DNA of 63,845 bases, the filler included, from Pseudovirgaria hyperparasitica (taxonomy: Eukaryota), in assembly GCA_010093815.1 (NCBI GenBank). It is 10 parts of 8 records of this genome, joined end to end, with 100 filler letters (N's around TTAATTAATTAA, not from the genome) between each part and the next. Parts side by side here need not be neighbours in the genome. Positions count along the whole stretch, not along the records: positions 3,792 to 14,244 come from ML996566.1; positions 14,345 to 20,045 come from ML996567.1; positions 20,146 to 22,192 come from ML996568.1; positions 22,293 to 50,335 come from ML996568.1; 6 more parts are not named here. One strand, 5' to 3'. The translations under genes and the position numbers were made by a program. The notes below the pieces were generated by a model that worked only from the letters and a program-made list of their open reading frames with translations, searched no databases and had not been told where the DNA came from. This document shows, piece by piece, positions 13,201 through 25,681 of the stretch. Each line of letters starts with the position of its first letter. Positions within the stretch are counted from its first letter, which is position 1.

Positions 13201-14674
13201 ATAAGAATTATATAGTATAATATTATAACTTAAGTAGATATACTAATTCTTATTCTTCTAATAGATATATATACTAGTATAATACTAGTAGAATAGCTCT
13301 TTTCTAACTAGTAGTAATATCTTATTTATATATAGAAAGAGAAACTAATAGTAATACTTATAGTAAATAGAGTATCTTTTACTTATTATTATATATAGAC
13401 TTAATAGATTTATATTACTATAAGACCTATATAGTATAGTATAATAGATAATTCTAAATAGTACTAGATTAGAGCTTAGGTCTAAAAGCTCTATATATAT
13501 AGTAGTATTAATCTTTTTATTAGAAGTAGCTTAATTATTAGATATTATAATAATAAGAATATAGATATATAGTAGTCTATACTTCTAAAACTTAATAGAG
13601 TAGTAGTATATAATATACTTTCTAAGGATATAGCTCTTTATTAGATTATATAATAGCTATACTAGCTTTATATAGAAAACGTAATAGTAGAGATTAATTT
13701 AGTCTATTACTAATTCTTCTAGTACTAGCTTATCTATTATCTTATACTAGACTAGATTATACTATAATAATAAAGAACTCTAGCGGTCTACTATATACTA
13801 CTATAGCTATTATATTAAAATATAGCTCTTATATAAACTAAGAGCCGCTATATAAAGTCTTTCTAAGTATAATAGTACTTTCTAGCTTATAACTAGTTAT
13901 ATTAGAGTTTCTAAGCATCTCTAAAAGTCTAGTAAAGTATATATAATAGATCTTACTCTAGTTTTACTACTACTAGATAAGATAATTTCCCTAGATTAAT
14001 ATCTATATATCTATTATAATCTTATAGAATAGATATCTAGTATAGAGTACTAGGTTAAGAGAATTAGATTAATACTATAGAAAGTAATTCTACTATATCT
14101 ACTAGTTAATATACTTCTACTTATATCTATAATAGCTAAACTAAGATCTATATCTAGTAGTAATATTCTAGATTAGAGTCTACTTATCTTTAATAGTATA
14201 ATTATAACTACTATAACTATAACCTTAACTATAACTATAACCTTNNNNNNNNNNNNNNNNNNNNNNNNNNNNNNNNNNNNNNNNNNNNTTAATTAATTAA
14301 NNNNNNNNNNNNNNNNNNNNNNNNNNNNNNNNNNNNNNNNNNNNAAACTATATATATATACTAGCTAGAGGGGTTTATAGACTCTAATTACCCTAATAGA
14401 GTCTATAAATTAAATAGAGCTTTATATAGACTTAAATAAAAAAACTTCTCACACCCTAACGGACCAAACTGGTCAATTCGGGGTAAAACAGCGATTTACA
14501 TACATCAAACGATAGAGTATACTAAGTATAATAACCTCCGACACACGTGCGTACGTATAGTATATAATACGCGATAATACCGACGTGTAGAGACACTATA
14601 TATATACGCTCGAAGACTCTTTAATAATATAAGCATAGACCACATCTAATAAACGCCGACACGCCGACCCCCTT

Positions 14675-14705
14675 TTATTAGTTAAGGGCTACCCTTAACT
14701 AATAA
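14675..14705. repeat. Palindrome copy 1 (TTATTAGTTAAGGG-CTA-CCCTTAACTAATAA), immediately before the LINE ORF1 ATG
   Basis: 14-bp perfect arms, seen directly. Confidence 0.9.
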
Positions 14706-14707
14706 TT

Positions 14708-16189
14708 ATGGCGGCCTTAGGCACCGACGTACCCCGGCTTCCACCGGGTATACCCCTAACACTAGTACGGTAGAAACGGCTATATAGCGGTATATCCTAG
14801 GACGATTAAACCCCCGTCTAATAAATAACGAATAACTAAGGGCGTATAACGCTATAGATAATAGAGATAGAGGGGACCCTACCCGGGGAGACCCTCCCGG
14901 ATAAGATTAACTACTAGGTAGCACGTGTAGAGAGGGAAGTTAAGAAGGGAGAAACGGCCCTCCTTAGTATCTTCCGGAACCTCGTCCGGAATATTAGAGA
15001 GCTTACCGTAGGAGTAAAATAGGCGCCGGAATTAGACCCGGAATCTAGACTAGATCGTATAGAGGCTAGCCTATAGAGGATCTAGGAGGGCCTCGCCTAG
15101 AGAAAACGCCCTAGTATATAGGCATAGGTCGCCGCACCTATAAGCGGAATAGCCATATTAGCTAAAACACCAAGGGCACCTATAGATAGGGCATGTAGTA
15201 TACGAGTCGCTATCTAGGATAAAGAAGTACTTATATAAGTCTAGTAAGCGTCCCTAAAGGATATTATAAATAAGATTAACGAATAGAAAGAGATATAGTT
15301 AAATATAGTGGCTGCTAAACTCACCCTAGGAGATATAGTACTAACTACTACTACTAATACGGCCTAGTAGACTATCTCGCGTAACCCGAACGCAATTAAT
15401 GATATCTTTCCTAGCGCGTCCGTCCGTGTAACCACGTACCTAATATAGATATATACTATCCCCGTCCGAGGATACGTTATCGGAGAAGATAATATCGAGC
15501 GAATAGAGTAATCTAATAAACCGAAGTACCCCGGGATTAAGATCGCGAAGGCGTGGTAGAAGAACGTCTAAGGGATTAAGATAAAATTAAAAAAGCACTC
15601 TACTATAATAGTAGAGCTTAGGGACCCCGCTCTCGCCTATAGGATAACGTAGGAGGGCTTCCTAGCTAAAGGAGAGCTACTCACGGCGGAACCATAGAAT
15701 AGGGCATAGGTAATAACGTAATACTTTAACTATTAGGGATATAGGTATACTAGGTAGAGGTGCTCTTAGAAGACCGCCTATAGGTGGTATAAATAGGGCC
15801 ATAATACTAAGGAATACCCTTATAAGACGTAGAGCGACGAGACGCGAGATAGGGACACCGCTAAGTACTCTAACTATGACGGGAAATATCTATTCTAGTC
15901 GGTAACGTATACGAAACGTAAGTAGGTCGTAGAATATATTAACGCGATAAAGATAAGAGGAGCAAGGTAGATATACTAAGCTATAAGGCCCTCGCTACCC
16001 TCGCCGCCATCCCTAACTTTACTTATGAATCTAGTAACCACCCCCCGAAGGGGAGAGGATAACGCGTAATAGTATACTATATAGAGAAAGATAGGCCGAC
16101 CCCGGGGTATACTTAAAGCCGCTACCGCGCGAGGATAATCACGCCTTAGCGCTACTAATATATAGACTCGAACTTTCCCTAGCACCTAA
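14708..16189 (+). pseudogene. LINE ORF1 (gag-like, three CCHC zinc knuckles)
   Basis: ATG at 14708. De-RIP motifs CFNCQGYGHTGxRC, CxWCKQGHNTKEC and CSNCDGKHxxWSxxC at ~15720-15910. In-frame TAA at 16187-16189. Confidence 0.8.
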
Positions 16190-19100
16190 TAAGGGTATAA
16201 GATATACTTATTATTATATAGGCAAACGTATAATATAAATGAGAAAACTAAGCGACGCTCCTAGAAGAGATAGAAGCCGTAATAATAGCTATCTAGGAAC
16301 TATATAAATACTACTAAACTAATAAGCTAATAATACACCTAGGATACTATACCATCCACCCTACGGACCCGGATAGGAGAGTCATGTTTTATATATATAA
16401 GTCGATCCCGCTCTTAGAATAGTCTTATACCGAACGTAATGACCTCCGGATAACGCTACATCTCTAGATAAGTATAGGGCCTATCTATATCTATAATATC
16501 TATAATTAATAGCGATCGCTTACGCTAGATAATATACTAGAGGGCACTATAACGCCGGGATAATATATCCTCCTAGGCGACTTTAATCTCTACCATAGGT
16601 GGTAGGGAGGCCTAGCCGTCGCGAGAGAAGAACTTAGAGTAAGGGAACTATATATACGGTGCCACGACTTCCTATACCTCCTTATACCTATGGGGTAGAT
16701 TACCTAGAGGAAATATAAATAGGATAAGGACGGGTCTACGCTCGACCTTACCCTCGCTACTAAGTATATTAGCTATAGAGTATAGTACTACCGCCCGAGC
16801 CGGATATAGACGGACTCCGACCACGAATGTATGGAAACTATAATAGACGTCTCCACTCTTAACAAATAACGTAGGAAATGGCTATAGAAGGACACCGATT
16901 AGGATAAATACCTAGAGGACCTAGAATCGGCGATTCTAGACCTCTCTATAGTCGACGTATCTAACGGCCTAGCTATAGATAAGGCCGTGTAAGTCCTCCT
17001 TTAAGCATACTAAGTTACGAGAGATAAACACGTGCTATACTAAACGTATAGACCCCTAGAAGCGAGGGGTATACCTTAAATACGAGAGTATAGAAGAGAC
17101 GCCCGTAGACTATATACACGTGTATACTATATCCGGACGACTAAGGCGTGGGAAGAGTAGAAGGAAGTAGTACGATATCGTGATAGGGCTCTCCGTAATG
17201 AACGACGAAAGTAATAGTATATAATTACTAATAAATATACACGGTAAGCCGTAGGGCTATGGCGTATAGTAAAGTAGGCTAAGGGTGTAGACGCGCCGAT
17301 ACCGCCGCTACTAATGCCTCCCCTAATATACTAAGAGAGGACATACTCTATAAGCCCGGAGAAGATAGAGATCTTACGTGAAGTTATATTCCCCCTCCCG
17401 GAGCTAGTAGACCTATTAGATATTAATAATACTAAATACCTAGACGTAATTAATATCCCCTAAGAGGTTACCGAGGAGGATATACTTAACGCTATTAAAG
17501 TACTCCCGAATAATAAGGTACCCGGACTAGATAGGATACTAAATAGGTGCCTTAAACGTACTATACTAGCTACCCTACCGCTTATTAGTTATATATTTTA
17601 AGTATGTATTAAGAACGGATACCACCCCTAAAGCTTCCGGGCTACCTATACCGTTATACTCCCGAAACTAGGGAAGAACTCTAACTCCCCGAAAGGATAG
17701 AGGCTAATCGCCCTTCTCTCCTATCTCGGGAAGATACTAGAGGCTATAATCGTGAAGAAGATAAGCGCCGTAGTATAGGAATATAACCTCCTCCTAGTAA
17801 ACCAGAAGGCGAAGGCTAGAAGCTCCCTAATTACTACTATCTAATATATCCTCGAAGTCGTCTAGGCCGTATAGAAGTAGGGACGTATAGTAACGCTACT
17901 CTCCCTCGATATGGCCGGCGTATTTAATAAAGTAAACTATATAAGACTTATCTATAACTTATAGAAGAGGCGTATACCCGCGTGGATTACGCGGTTTATA
18001 TAGTCCTTCCTCGCTAAAAGAGTTACCTAGATATATATCCCCGGATATCGAAGTAAGTACGAGAAGACAGCTTACGGTATCCCATAAGGAAGTACTATCT
18101 CCCCGATCCTATTCCTCTTCTTTACTATAGACCTTCTCTAGGGAATATAATGTATAGAGGTAGTAGGGTACGTAGATAATATATACCTTCTAGCTATCGA
18201 TAATAATACTAGCTAAATATATAGATAACTCGAATAAGACCACGGGAGATGCGTCTAATGGGCAAAGCGCTATGGAGTAAAGTTCGCCCCCGAAAAGTAC
18301 TAACTTATATACTTTATTAACCGCCGTAGGAAATAGACTACTAGGGAAGGCGAGCGACGCTCTAGAATAGACGCCTTCGACGAACCGCCGATATAAAGTA
18401 TACGCGCACTCGGCGTTATAATCGATAATAAGCTTAAATAGAGACTATAGGTAGCATACGCCGTTTCTAGGGCCCTCTAGATAGAAGCCGCTATACGACG
18501 GATTACAGCCTCTATATAGAGAACCGCCTAGGATAAGGCACGCTAACTATATATATCTATAGCACGACCCGCCTTCATGTACGGACACGAGTACTAGTAT
18601 ACGGCCCTTATATAGACTAGGCGAATGAAGCTTAAATCTATATAGAACCGTATACTCCGTCTTATATTAGGCGTATATAAAGCTACTAACACGGTACTAC
18701 TACGACGCGAGATAGACGTTATAAGTATATATAACTTCTACTAGATATAGAGGGTGGTATACTTTACTAAATAATAAGTATAGGAACGTGTAGAAAAAGT
18801 AGAATATACCTTCGCCGTGCTACGCGCGTAAGTTAGCGTATACTACTAAGTACTCTTATATATAGGCCGGACTTAACTATGGTATAAGTACCTAATAGAA
18901 ATAGACTCGAACTAAGTAGTATAAGAGATTAAGGATAACCTAGATACCCTTCTAGACTAATAGAGTCTTTAAGAGCTCGGACGAAGTATACGGTCGTGGA
19001 TCTAAGATAAGTAGAAAGAGACACTCCGGGCCTAGTAGGCCTCCTAGTAGGATAGGTACCTAGAGTAGATCCGAGGACTATAGAAGGAGCTAAGTAAATA

Positions 19101-19512
19101 GATATATAAAGGGCTTATAAAGGCCTAGGTATCTATACTCCTCTAAGCCCGAACGGGCGCTATAGGACTTCTATACTACCTCTATAAGAGAGGCGTCCCT
19201 AATATATCTCTATAGTATAAGGCGTGCGGCCGGAGAGGTATAATACGCTACTATCTTATAATATACCCCGATCTTCATACGTAAAGGTAGAAGCTTATCT
19301 ATATAATAAGAACCTCTAATATCGTATAATAGCTTAATAAGTACCCTAAGGACGTCGCCCGGTAGATAATTATATATCTACTACTCCTCTAATTCTAGTA
19401 GACCCGGAAATATATGCCGGAAGAGACCCGGTACACGCTAGTAGTAACCCGATATATACCGGAAGAACCCCGGGAGAACCCCGATTATTAGTTAAGGGCA
19501 GCCCTTAACTAA
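16189..19512 (+). pseudogene. LINE ORF2 (APE endonuclease, RT, C-terminal Cys/His motif)
   Basis: One frame throughout: AI*EL, LGDFNLYH (16573), DSDH (~16813), PGLDRI, GIP*GSTISPILF (~18076), GYVDN (18166), CG...H...CP trace (~19215-19270). The start overlaps the ORF1 stop (TAAT[G>A]). The end is inferred. Confidence 0.85.
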
Positions 19513-19515
19513 TAA
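19485..19515. repeat. Palindrome copy 2, at the end of LINE ORF2
   Basis: TTATTAGTTAAGGGC-A-GCCCTTAACTAATAA, 15-bp perfect arms. Confidence 0.9.
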
Positions 19516-20145
19516 CCTCCGTACCTATACGTGCTACCTAAGGGTAAAATAACGGTAATATAGGCTATAGGCTAATAGGCGTACCCTATAGCTATATACT
19601 TAAGACGAAATAGAGGCTTAACAAGATATAGTTATAGACATAAGGAAGTTTTTCCCTATAGGGTTTCTTCTTACATAGTAGCTTAGACTAGAGGAGGCAT
19701 AGGCCTGTAGAGTACTACTCTACCTAGTTATATAATATTATTATTATTATTATTATATAGACTTAAGTAATTAGCTAGAGAATAGTAAGACCTACTTAAG
19801 GATATATTAATATCCTTAAAATTCACTTAAATTATAGCTGAAAATGCAGTCTATATTAGAGATAATCTAATTATTTCAGCCTATGTAGACGATATATTAG
19901 TTTTTACACCTAATACTAAAGATATAGATAACTTCTATTTAGAGATAACCAAGTACTCTAAATTAGATATATCTAATCTAGGGTAAGCTAAATATTACCT
20001 AGGAATAGAAATAAAGAGAGATATAACTAAAGGTTCTATTATATTNNNNNNNNNNNNNNNNNNNNNNNNNNNNNNNNNNNNNNNNNNNNTTAATTAATTA
20101 ANNNNNNNNNNNNNNNNNNNNNNNNNNNNNNNNNNNNNNNNNNNN

Positions 20146-21769
20146 TATATCCTAGCTACTAGTACTTATAGTATATAACTAACTTAGTATCTATATTAGT
20201 ATTCGGTGGTTTCCCTAAGCGGCACTCGGGTACTATATAGTCTATTCTACTATAGGTATAGTAGGTGACTTTAGGTTATTTATATAAGTCGTTTCTCGCG
20301 TCTCGATATATCGACTAGTAGAAAGATCCGTGGTACGGGCCTCGTCTTCTTAAGTTTATAGAGTAGTAGCGCCCACGAGGTATTCCGCGTGATCTATTAC
20401 TAAACCGGTCCTCTTTAGATGATTTTATATTAGATTAGATTAATAGGGATAGTTATACGCCTATATAACGTTAGTTATTTATTATACGCTAATATCGTTC
20501 TACGAGATTCGCGAGTACCTAAAGGTTAGTAGGGGTAGACGTTATAAGGTCGATGCGTTTCTTTACGCTTAGGTTAAGAGACCTTTTAAAGTCATCGTAT
20601 TATTAAACTATACGATCTTCCTTAGCTTCTCTTCTAAGAGGTCGGAGGTATTTAAGGAGTTATAACGGGGATTATCTCTCTCGCTATTAAGTCTTAAAGA
20701 TATAGCTCTAAGCCTATTTATGTCGCTCGGCTCTATCGCCGAAGTATTAAAGAAGGAATTTAGTAAACGTGTCCTAGTTATACGCATTCTTAGAGTATTT
20801 AATTCGATATACCATCTAACGTTTAGATAGCGTTAGGTCTAGGTAGTTCTATATAAACCTAATCTTATTACTATTATTCGTGAATAGGTGGAAGAATTAG
20901 CTATACTAGTAAGCTTATTCGTAAAAGCTCCTCCTAGTTTTACCGTCGAAGTAAGGTAGTTTCTTAGACCGAGGTAACTAGAATAGTAATAGACTTAGTT
21001 AGACTATTTCGGCTTAAGTTAATCTATATTAGTATAGATTAGTTACTACTAGTACTAAAGCGCGTAGTATAGCTTTAAGTCTAGTAGTTCGTCCTCGCGC
21101 TTTATTAAGTTCGCGAAGTTACTACTCGAGCTAAGTCTAACGCTACCTCTCCGTATATAGCTTAGTATATATATTATTATAAGGTATAGTTAATATTAGT
21201 TGGTTCTAACGAATTAATTTATTAACGTTAATAGGGTCTAGTCTTATAGTAAGAATAGGTCTAGTATAGTATAAACTAGACCGCGATAGAGTATAATAGA
21301 CTCCTTTCTTATTATCTAGGTAATCTTCTATAGTTATACGGAATACCGTACTAGTTATTAGTACGATAGCCTATAGGGTATACTTATTAGTAGAGGTAGT
21401 CGTAGGGAGACTATTCTCTTCGTTTAGATTTAGAGAGAGTCTCTTATATAAGGTAGTACTATAGGTACTATAGCGCGTAGTAGAAGCTATCTCTATAAGC
21501 TACCGTCATACTATATAGAGAGGAATTAAAATATAAAGAGTAAAGACGTGGGATAGTAGTCTAATAGTTTATAGAGAGATATAGAAATATATTTATAGAG
21601 TAATCTTACTCTTATACGAGGTTGATTCCTAATAAGTAGAAATCGGTTTATACGGTCTACTTATATAGTAACCTCGCTTGACTTAGCTAACTTAACCCAG
21701 CTCTAGCCACTACGTGGCTGTATGGATTAGAATAGTCTATATAGGTCCGTTATGGTTCCCGTCCTAATA
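20146..21769 (-). mobile_element. Family B 5' part (gag plus 5' LTR 21532-21769), inserted into another family B pol
   Basis: Reverse complement of 38516-40140. Flank at 21770 matches 26261 onward. Confidence 0.9.
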
Positions 21770-22192
21770 AACTAGGTAAGGTTAATTAGATATTTACGCC
21801 GGGCATTATCGCCCTTCCCGATAGCGCTAATAAACGGCCTACTAGGGACTTCGGTACCGTGTCTTTAGTTACCGGCTTCGGTCTTAGAGATTCGATTACT
21901 AGTATTAACGTTAGTATCTTACTAATCGCCTAATAACTTAAAATCTAACCTCGTCCTTAAGAGTTAGGCCTATAGCTACTCTAGGACCCTATAGCTACTA
22001 TAATTCTAGGCGCCTTCTTTATAGTTAGGTCTTCTTAATATTCTATTAGCTAGGTTTATACTTCTAGGTCGATAGTAGATTATAAAGTAAAAGTTTATAA
22101 GCTACTTAGTCTATTAGACCTATTAACGGTTTAAAACTATTATACTTATAAACCCCTTTAAGTTATAGTAATTAGTTAGTAACTTAACGTTA
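21770..22192 (-). mobile_element. Family B pol fragment (RNase H-integrase linker)
   Basis: Near-identical to 26261-26683 and to the reverse complement of ~41993-42416. Confidence 0.88.
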
Positions 22193-22292
22193 NNNNNNNN
22201 NNNNNNNNNNNNNNNNNNNNNNNNNNNNNNNNNNNNTTAATTAATTAANNNNNNNNNNNNNNNNNNNNNNNNNNNNNNNNNNNNNNNNNNNN

Positions 22293-23916
22293 TATATCCT
22301 AGCTACTAGTACTTATAGTATATAACTAACTTAGTATCTATATTAGTATTCGGTGGTTTCCCTAAGCGGCACTCGGGTACTATATAGCCTATCCTACTAT
22401 AGGTATAGTAGGTGACTTTAGGTCATTTATATAAGTCGTTTCTCGCGTCTCGATATATCGACTAGTAGAAAGATCTATAGTATAGACCTCGTCTTCTTAA
22501 GTTCGTAGAGTAGTAGCGCCTATAAGGTGTTCCGCGCGATCTATTACTAAACTAGTCCTCTTTAGATGATTTTATATCGGATTAGATTAATAGGGATAGT
22601 CATACGTCTATACGACGTTGGTTATTTATTATACGCTAATATTATTCTATAAGATTCGTGAGTACCTAAAGGTCGGTAGAGATAGATATTATAAGGTCGA
22701 TGTGTTTCTTTACGCTTGGGTTAAGGGACCTTTTAAAGTCGTTACATTATTAAACTATATAATCTTCCTTAGCTTCTCTCTAAAGAGGTCGGAGGTATTT
22801 AAGGAGTTATAACGGGGATTATCTCTCTTACTATTAAGTCTTAAAGATATAGCTCTAAGTCTATTTATATCGCTCGGCTCTATCGCCGAAGTATTAAAGA
22901 AGAAATTCAGTGAACTTATCCTAGTTATATATATCCTTAGGGTGTTTAATTCGATATACTATCTAATGTTTAGATAGTATTAGGTCTAGGTAGTTCTATA
23001 TAAACCTAATCTTATTACTATCGTTCGTGAATAGGTAGAAGAATCGGCTATACTAGTAAGTCTATTCGTAAAAGCTCCTCCTGGTTTTACTATTAAAGTA
23101 AGGTAGTTTCTTAGGCTAAGGCAACTAGGATAGTAATAGACTTAGTTAGACTATTTCGGCTTAAGTTAGTCTATATTAGTATAGGTTAATTACTACTAGT
23201 ACTAAAGCGCGTAGTACGGCTTTAAGTCTAGCGGTTTATTCTCGCGCTTTATCGAGTTCGCGAAGTTACTACTTAAGCTAAGTCTAACGCTACCTCTCTA
23301 TATATAGCTTAGTATATATATTATCGTAAGGCGTGGTTAACGTTAGTCGGTTCTAACGAATTAATTTATTAACGTTAATAGGGTCTAGTCTTATAGTAAG
23401 GATAGGTCTAGTATAGTATAAACTAGACCGCGATGGAGTATAATAGACTCCTTCCTTATTATCTAGGTAATCTTCTACGGTTATACGGAATACCGTACTA
23501 GTTATTAGTATGATAGCCTATAGGGTATACTTATCGGTAGAGGTGGTTATAGAGAGACTATTCTCTTTATTTAGATTTAGAGAGAGTCTCTCGTATAAGA
23601 TAGTGCCACGGGTATTATAGCGCGTAGTAGGAGCTATCTCTATAAGCTACTATCATACTATATAGAGAGGAATTAAAATATAAAGAGTAAAGACGTGGGA
23701 TAGTAGTCTAATAGTTTATAGAGAGATATAGGAATGTATTTATAGAGTAATCTTACTCTTATACGAGGTTGATTCCTAATAAGTAGGAATCGGTTTATGC
23801 GGTCTACTTATATAGTGACCTCGCTTAACTTAGCTAACTTAACCTAGCTCTGGCCACTACGTGGCTACATAGATTAGAATAATCTATATAGATCTATTGT
23901 AGTTCCCGTCCTGATA
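22293..23916 (-). mobile_element. Family B 5' part (gag plus 5' LTR 23679-23916), inserted in the 3' region of the host family B copy
   Basis: Near-identical to 20146-21769, but with a different flank (GGTACCTTTT, the reverse complement of ~44144-44153). Confidence 0.9.
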
Positions 23917-25080
23917 GGTACCTTTTTTTAGGTTCTTAGTCCTATGTTTTTCTTATATATAATAGTCTATATTAGTCTATTCTAGACTCTTCTATATTAT
24001 TCTATTATAGTATATCGCGTCGTGTTCCTAAAATAGTTATTTACGCTTTCTTCGCGTCTAGTAACCGTATAATACTTAAATTATAGAGCTACTATATAGA
24101 GTTTTCCTAGTGGGCGTCTAGATTTCCTAGTTTAGTACTTCGTTCTCTATAGTATCCTTCTTCTTTTTATAATAACCATGACGTTACTATACTTATATTA
24201 ATAATATACTATTCTATATCTTTTACTTATACGCAGCTATTATAGAACTTAAGATATATACCGCTAGTTCCTAGGTATCCTTATCCTTAGTATAGTTCTT
24301 CTAATAGATTCTATATTTCTAAATACCGTCTTTATTAATTCTATATTCGATAATATAGTTTACTTTAAATACGTCTAGTCTATCTTAGAGTATAATAGAG
24401 TATAACTATACGTTCGTGCGGCTATACACGTTAGGTTAAAATCTTTCGAGTAGTAAGACATAGAATATATTATAGATTCTTATATCGCTTCCTAAGTCGA
24501 GCTCGTAGACTCTTATACCGATATAACGTTTAATTCGGAAGGGACTAGCTATTTTATAATTAAGCTTCTTATTTACTCGCGATATTTATATATTATAGAT
24601 ATTAAGAAGGACCTTATCGCCCTCCTCGTACGTCTAATCCTTAGCTAATCTATTATAGTACTTCGTATACGAGTTATTTACTTATTAGATTATAGCGCGA
24701 TAGTTATATACGGTTTTAAAGATTTTAATTACTAATTCCTAAGTATAGATATTCACGTCTATTATTCGATTAAATTAGACCGTCTAAGGCTTAAAACCTA
24801 TCCTTAGACTACGTCCGAGGTTCGCCTAGAAAGGTATAATATCTATCATACTATAACGACTATTATTATATATAAACTCTACTATACTTAGTAGGGAGGC
24901 CTAGTTATCCTACTTAAAATTATAGAATACGCGTAGATACGCCTTAAGCGTCTAGTTCTATCGCTCTATCTAGCTATCCGTCTAAGGATAAAATACTATA
25001 GATATATTTCTATTTATACTTACTATTTCGTAGAATAACGTCTAGAATTTAGACGTGAAGGTACTTCCTTAGTCTATAAC

Positions 25081-25681
25081 TATAAGAAGGCGGGCTCTAC
25101 GCACTAACTAACTACACTAAAAGGACCGAATCTTAAAGCTACTACTTTAAGGGTGGAGTACACTACTTATATACGACTACTACACACATGTATAATTAAC
25201 TAGTAGGCCACGTGCTCCTCACGTGCCTAATATTATCCCCCTTTTTAAAGGCGCGTGTCCTTACGCGTTATAGGCATACTACCTTACGAAAGATAAACTA
25301 AACTACCCGTAACGGGCCTAGTATAAACCATATATACACACAACCAATACTCGTAATGCCGCCTCTAGTACTAGACACGCTAACTTACCGTAGTAACGTT
25401 ACTACTATGTTATCCGTTACGTGCATAAAGTACACGTAACGTGGCAAGCTAAACGAAATCGTGCGAAATTTAATAACGGTTAACTAGACCGAGAGTTAAA
25501 CCCGTGACCCCGTAGTAGCTTTAAGATTATATAAGAAGGCGGGCTCTACGTACCAACCAACTACACTAAAAGGACCGAATCTTAAAGCTACTACTTCAAG
25601 GGTGGAGTATACTACTTATATACGACTACTATATACATGTATAATTAACTAGTAGGCCACGTGCTCCTCACGTGCCTAACA
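25081..25681 (-). mobile_element. TRIM, complete 601-bp copy (152-bp LTRs at 25081-25232 and 25530-25681, 297-bp internal)
   Basis: Direct LTRs, PPT complement TTATCCCCCTTTT at 25233, and a 5-bp TSD ATAAC/ATAAT inside the B integrase. Confidence 0.92.

Larger units (their letters stand above)
5143..14244 (+). mobile_element. Highly degenerate long LTR retrotransposon (family D, probably Ty3/gypsy) related to the TRIM; interrupted by a pogo-like element
   Basis: 5143-~5284 aligns by eye to the TRIM LTR and is followed by the same AATCTTAAAGCTACTA leader. Faint traces of gag (LERFYARNNTKIKKFL ~6346), protease (~7360) and RT (FYLN.ILI ~11296). ~30-bp tandem repeat x3 at ~5383-5462. Right boundary is a gap. 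Confidence 0.5.
14440..19752 (+). mobile_element. Full-length Tad1-like LINE (non-LTR retrotransposon), RIP-inactivated
   Basis: Two ORFs, a (TAT)n 3' tail at ~19735-19755, and a ~18-bp TSD TTATATAGACTTAA(A/G)TAA at 14422-14439 and 19753-19770. Confidence 0.92.
14345..20045 (+). mobile_element. Ty1/copia reverse transcriptase fragment (14345-14439 and 19753-20045) split by a LINE
   Basis: IYIx*LEGF...VYKLNRALYRLK* (QPEGF...KLNRALYGLKQ) on the left. LYRLK*LARE* and SAYVDDIL (YVDD at 19882-19893), then YYLGIEIKRD, on the right. Confidence 0.9.

Noticed and set aside
14203..14244. TAACTA/TAACCT hexamer run resembling a telomere repeat
   Set aside because: Not CCCTAA and not derivable from it by RIP. 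It is a short microsatellite next to a gap.
20146..23916. Apparent tandem duplication of the B gag-LTR block starting at the same base after two gaps (similarly 60256 vs 62825/62930)
   Set aside because: The identical start points are contig breaks in collapsed repeats. The LTR flanks differ, so these are separate insertions whose true extent is unknown.
25208..25226. Duplicated CACGTG (E-box) in the LTRs of the TRIM copy at 25081
   Set aside because: A 12-bp indel variant relative to the 9196 copies, too short to support a regulatory claim.
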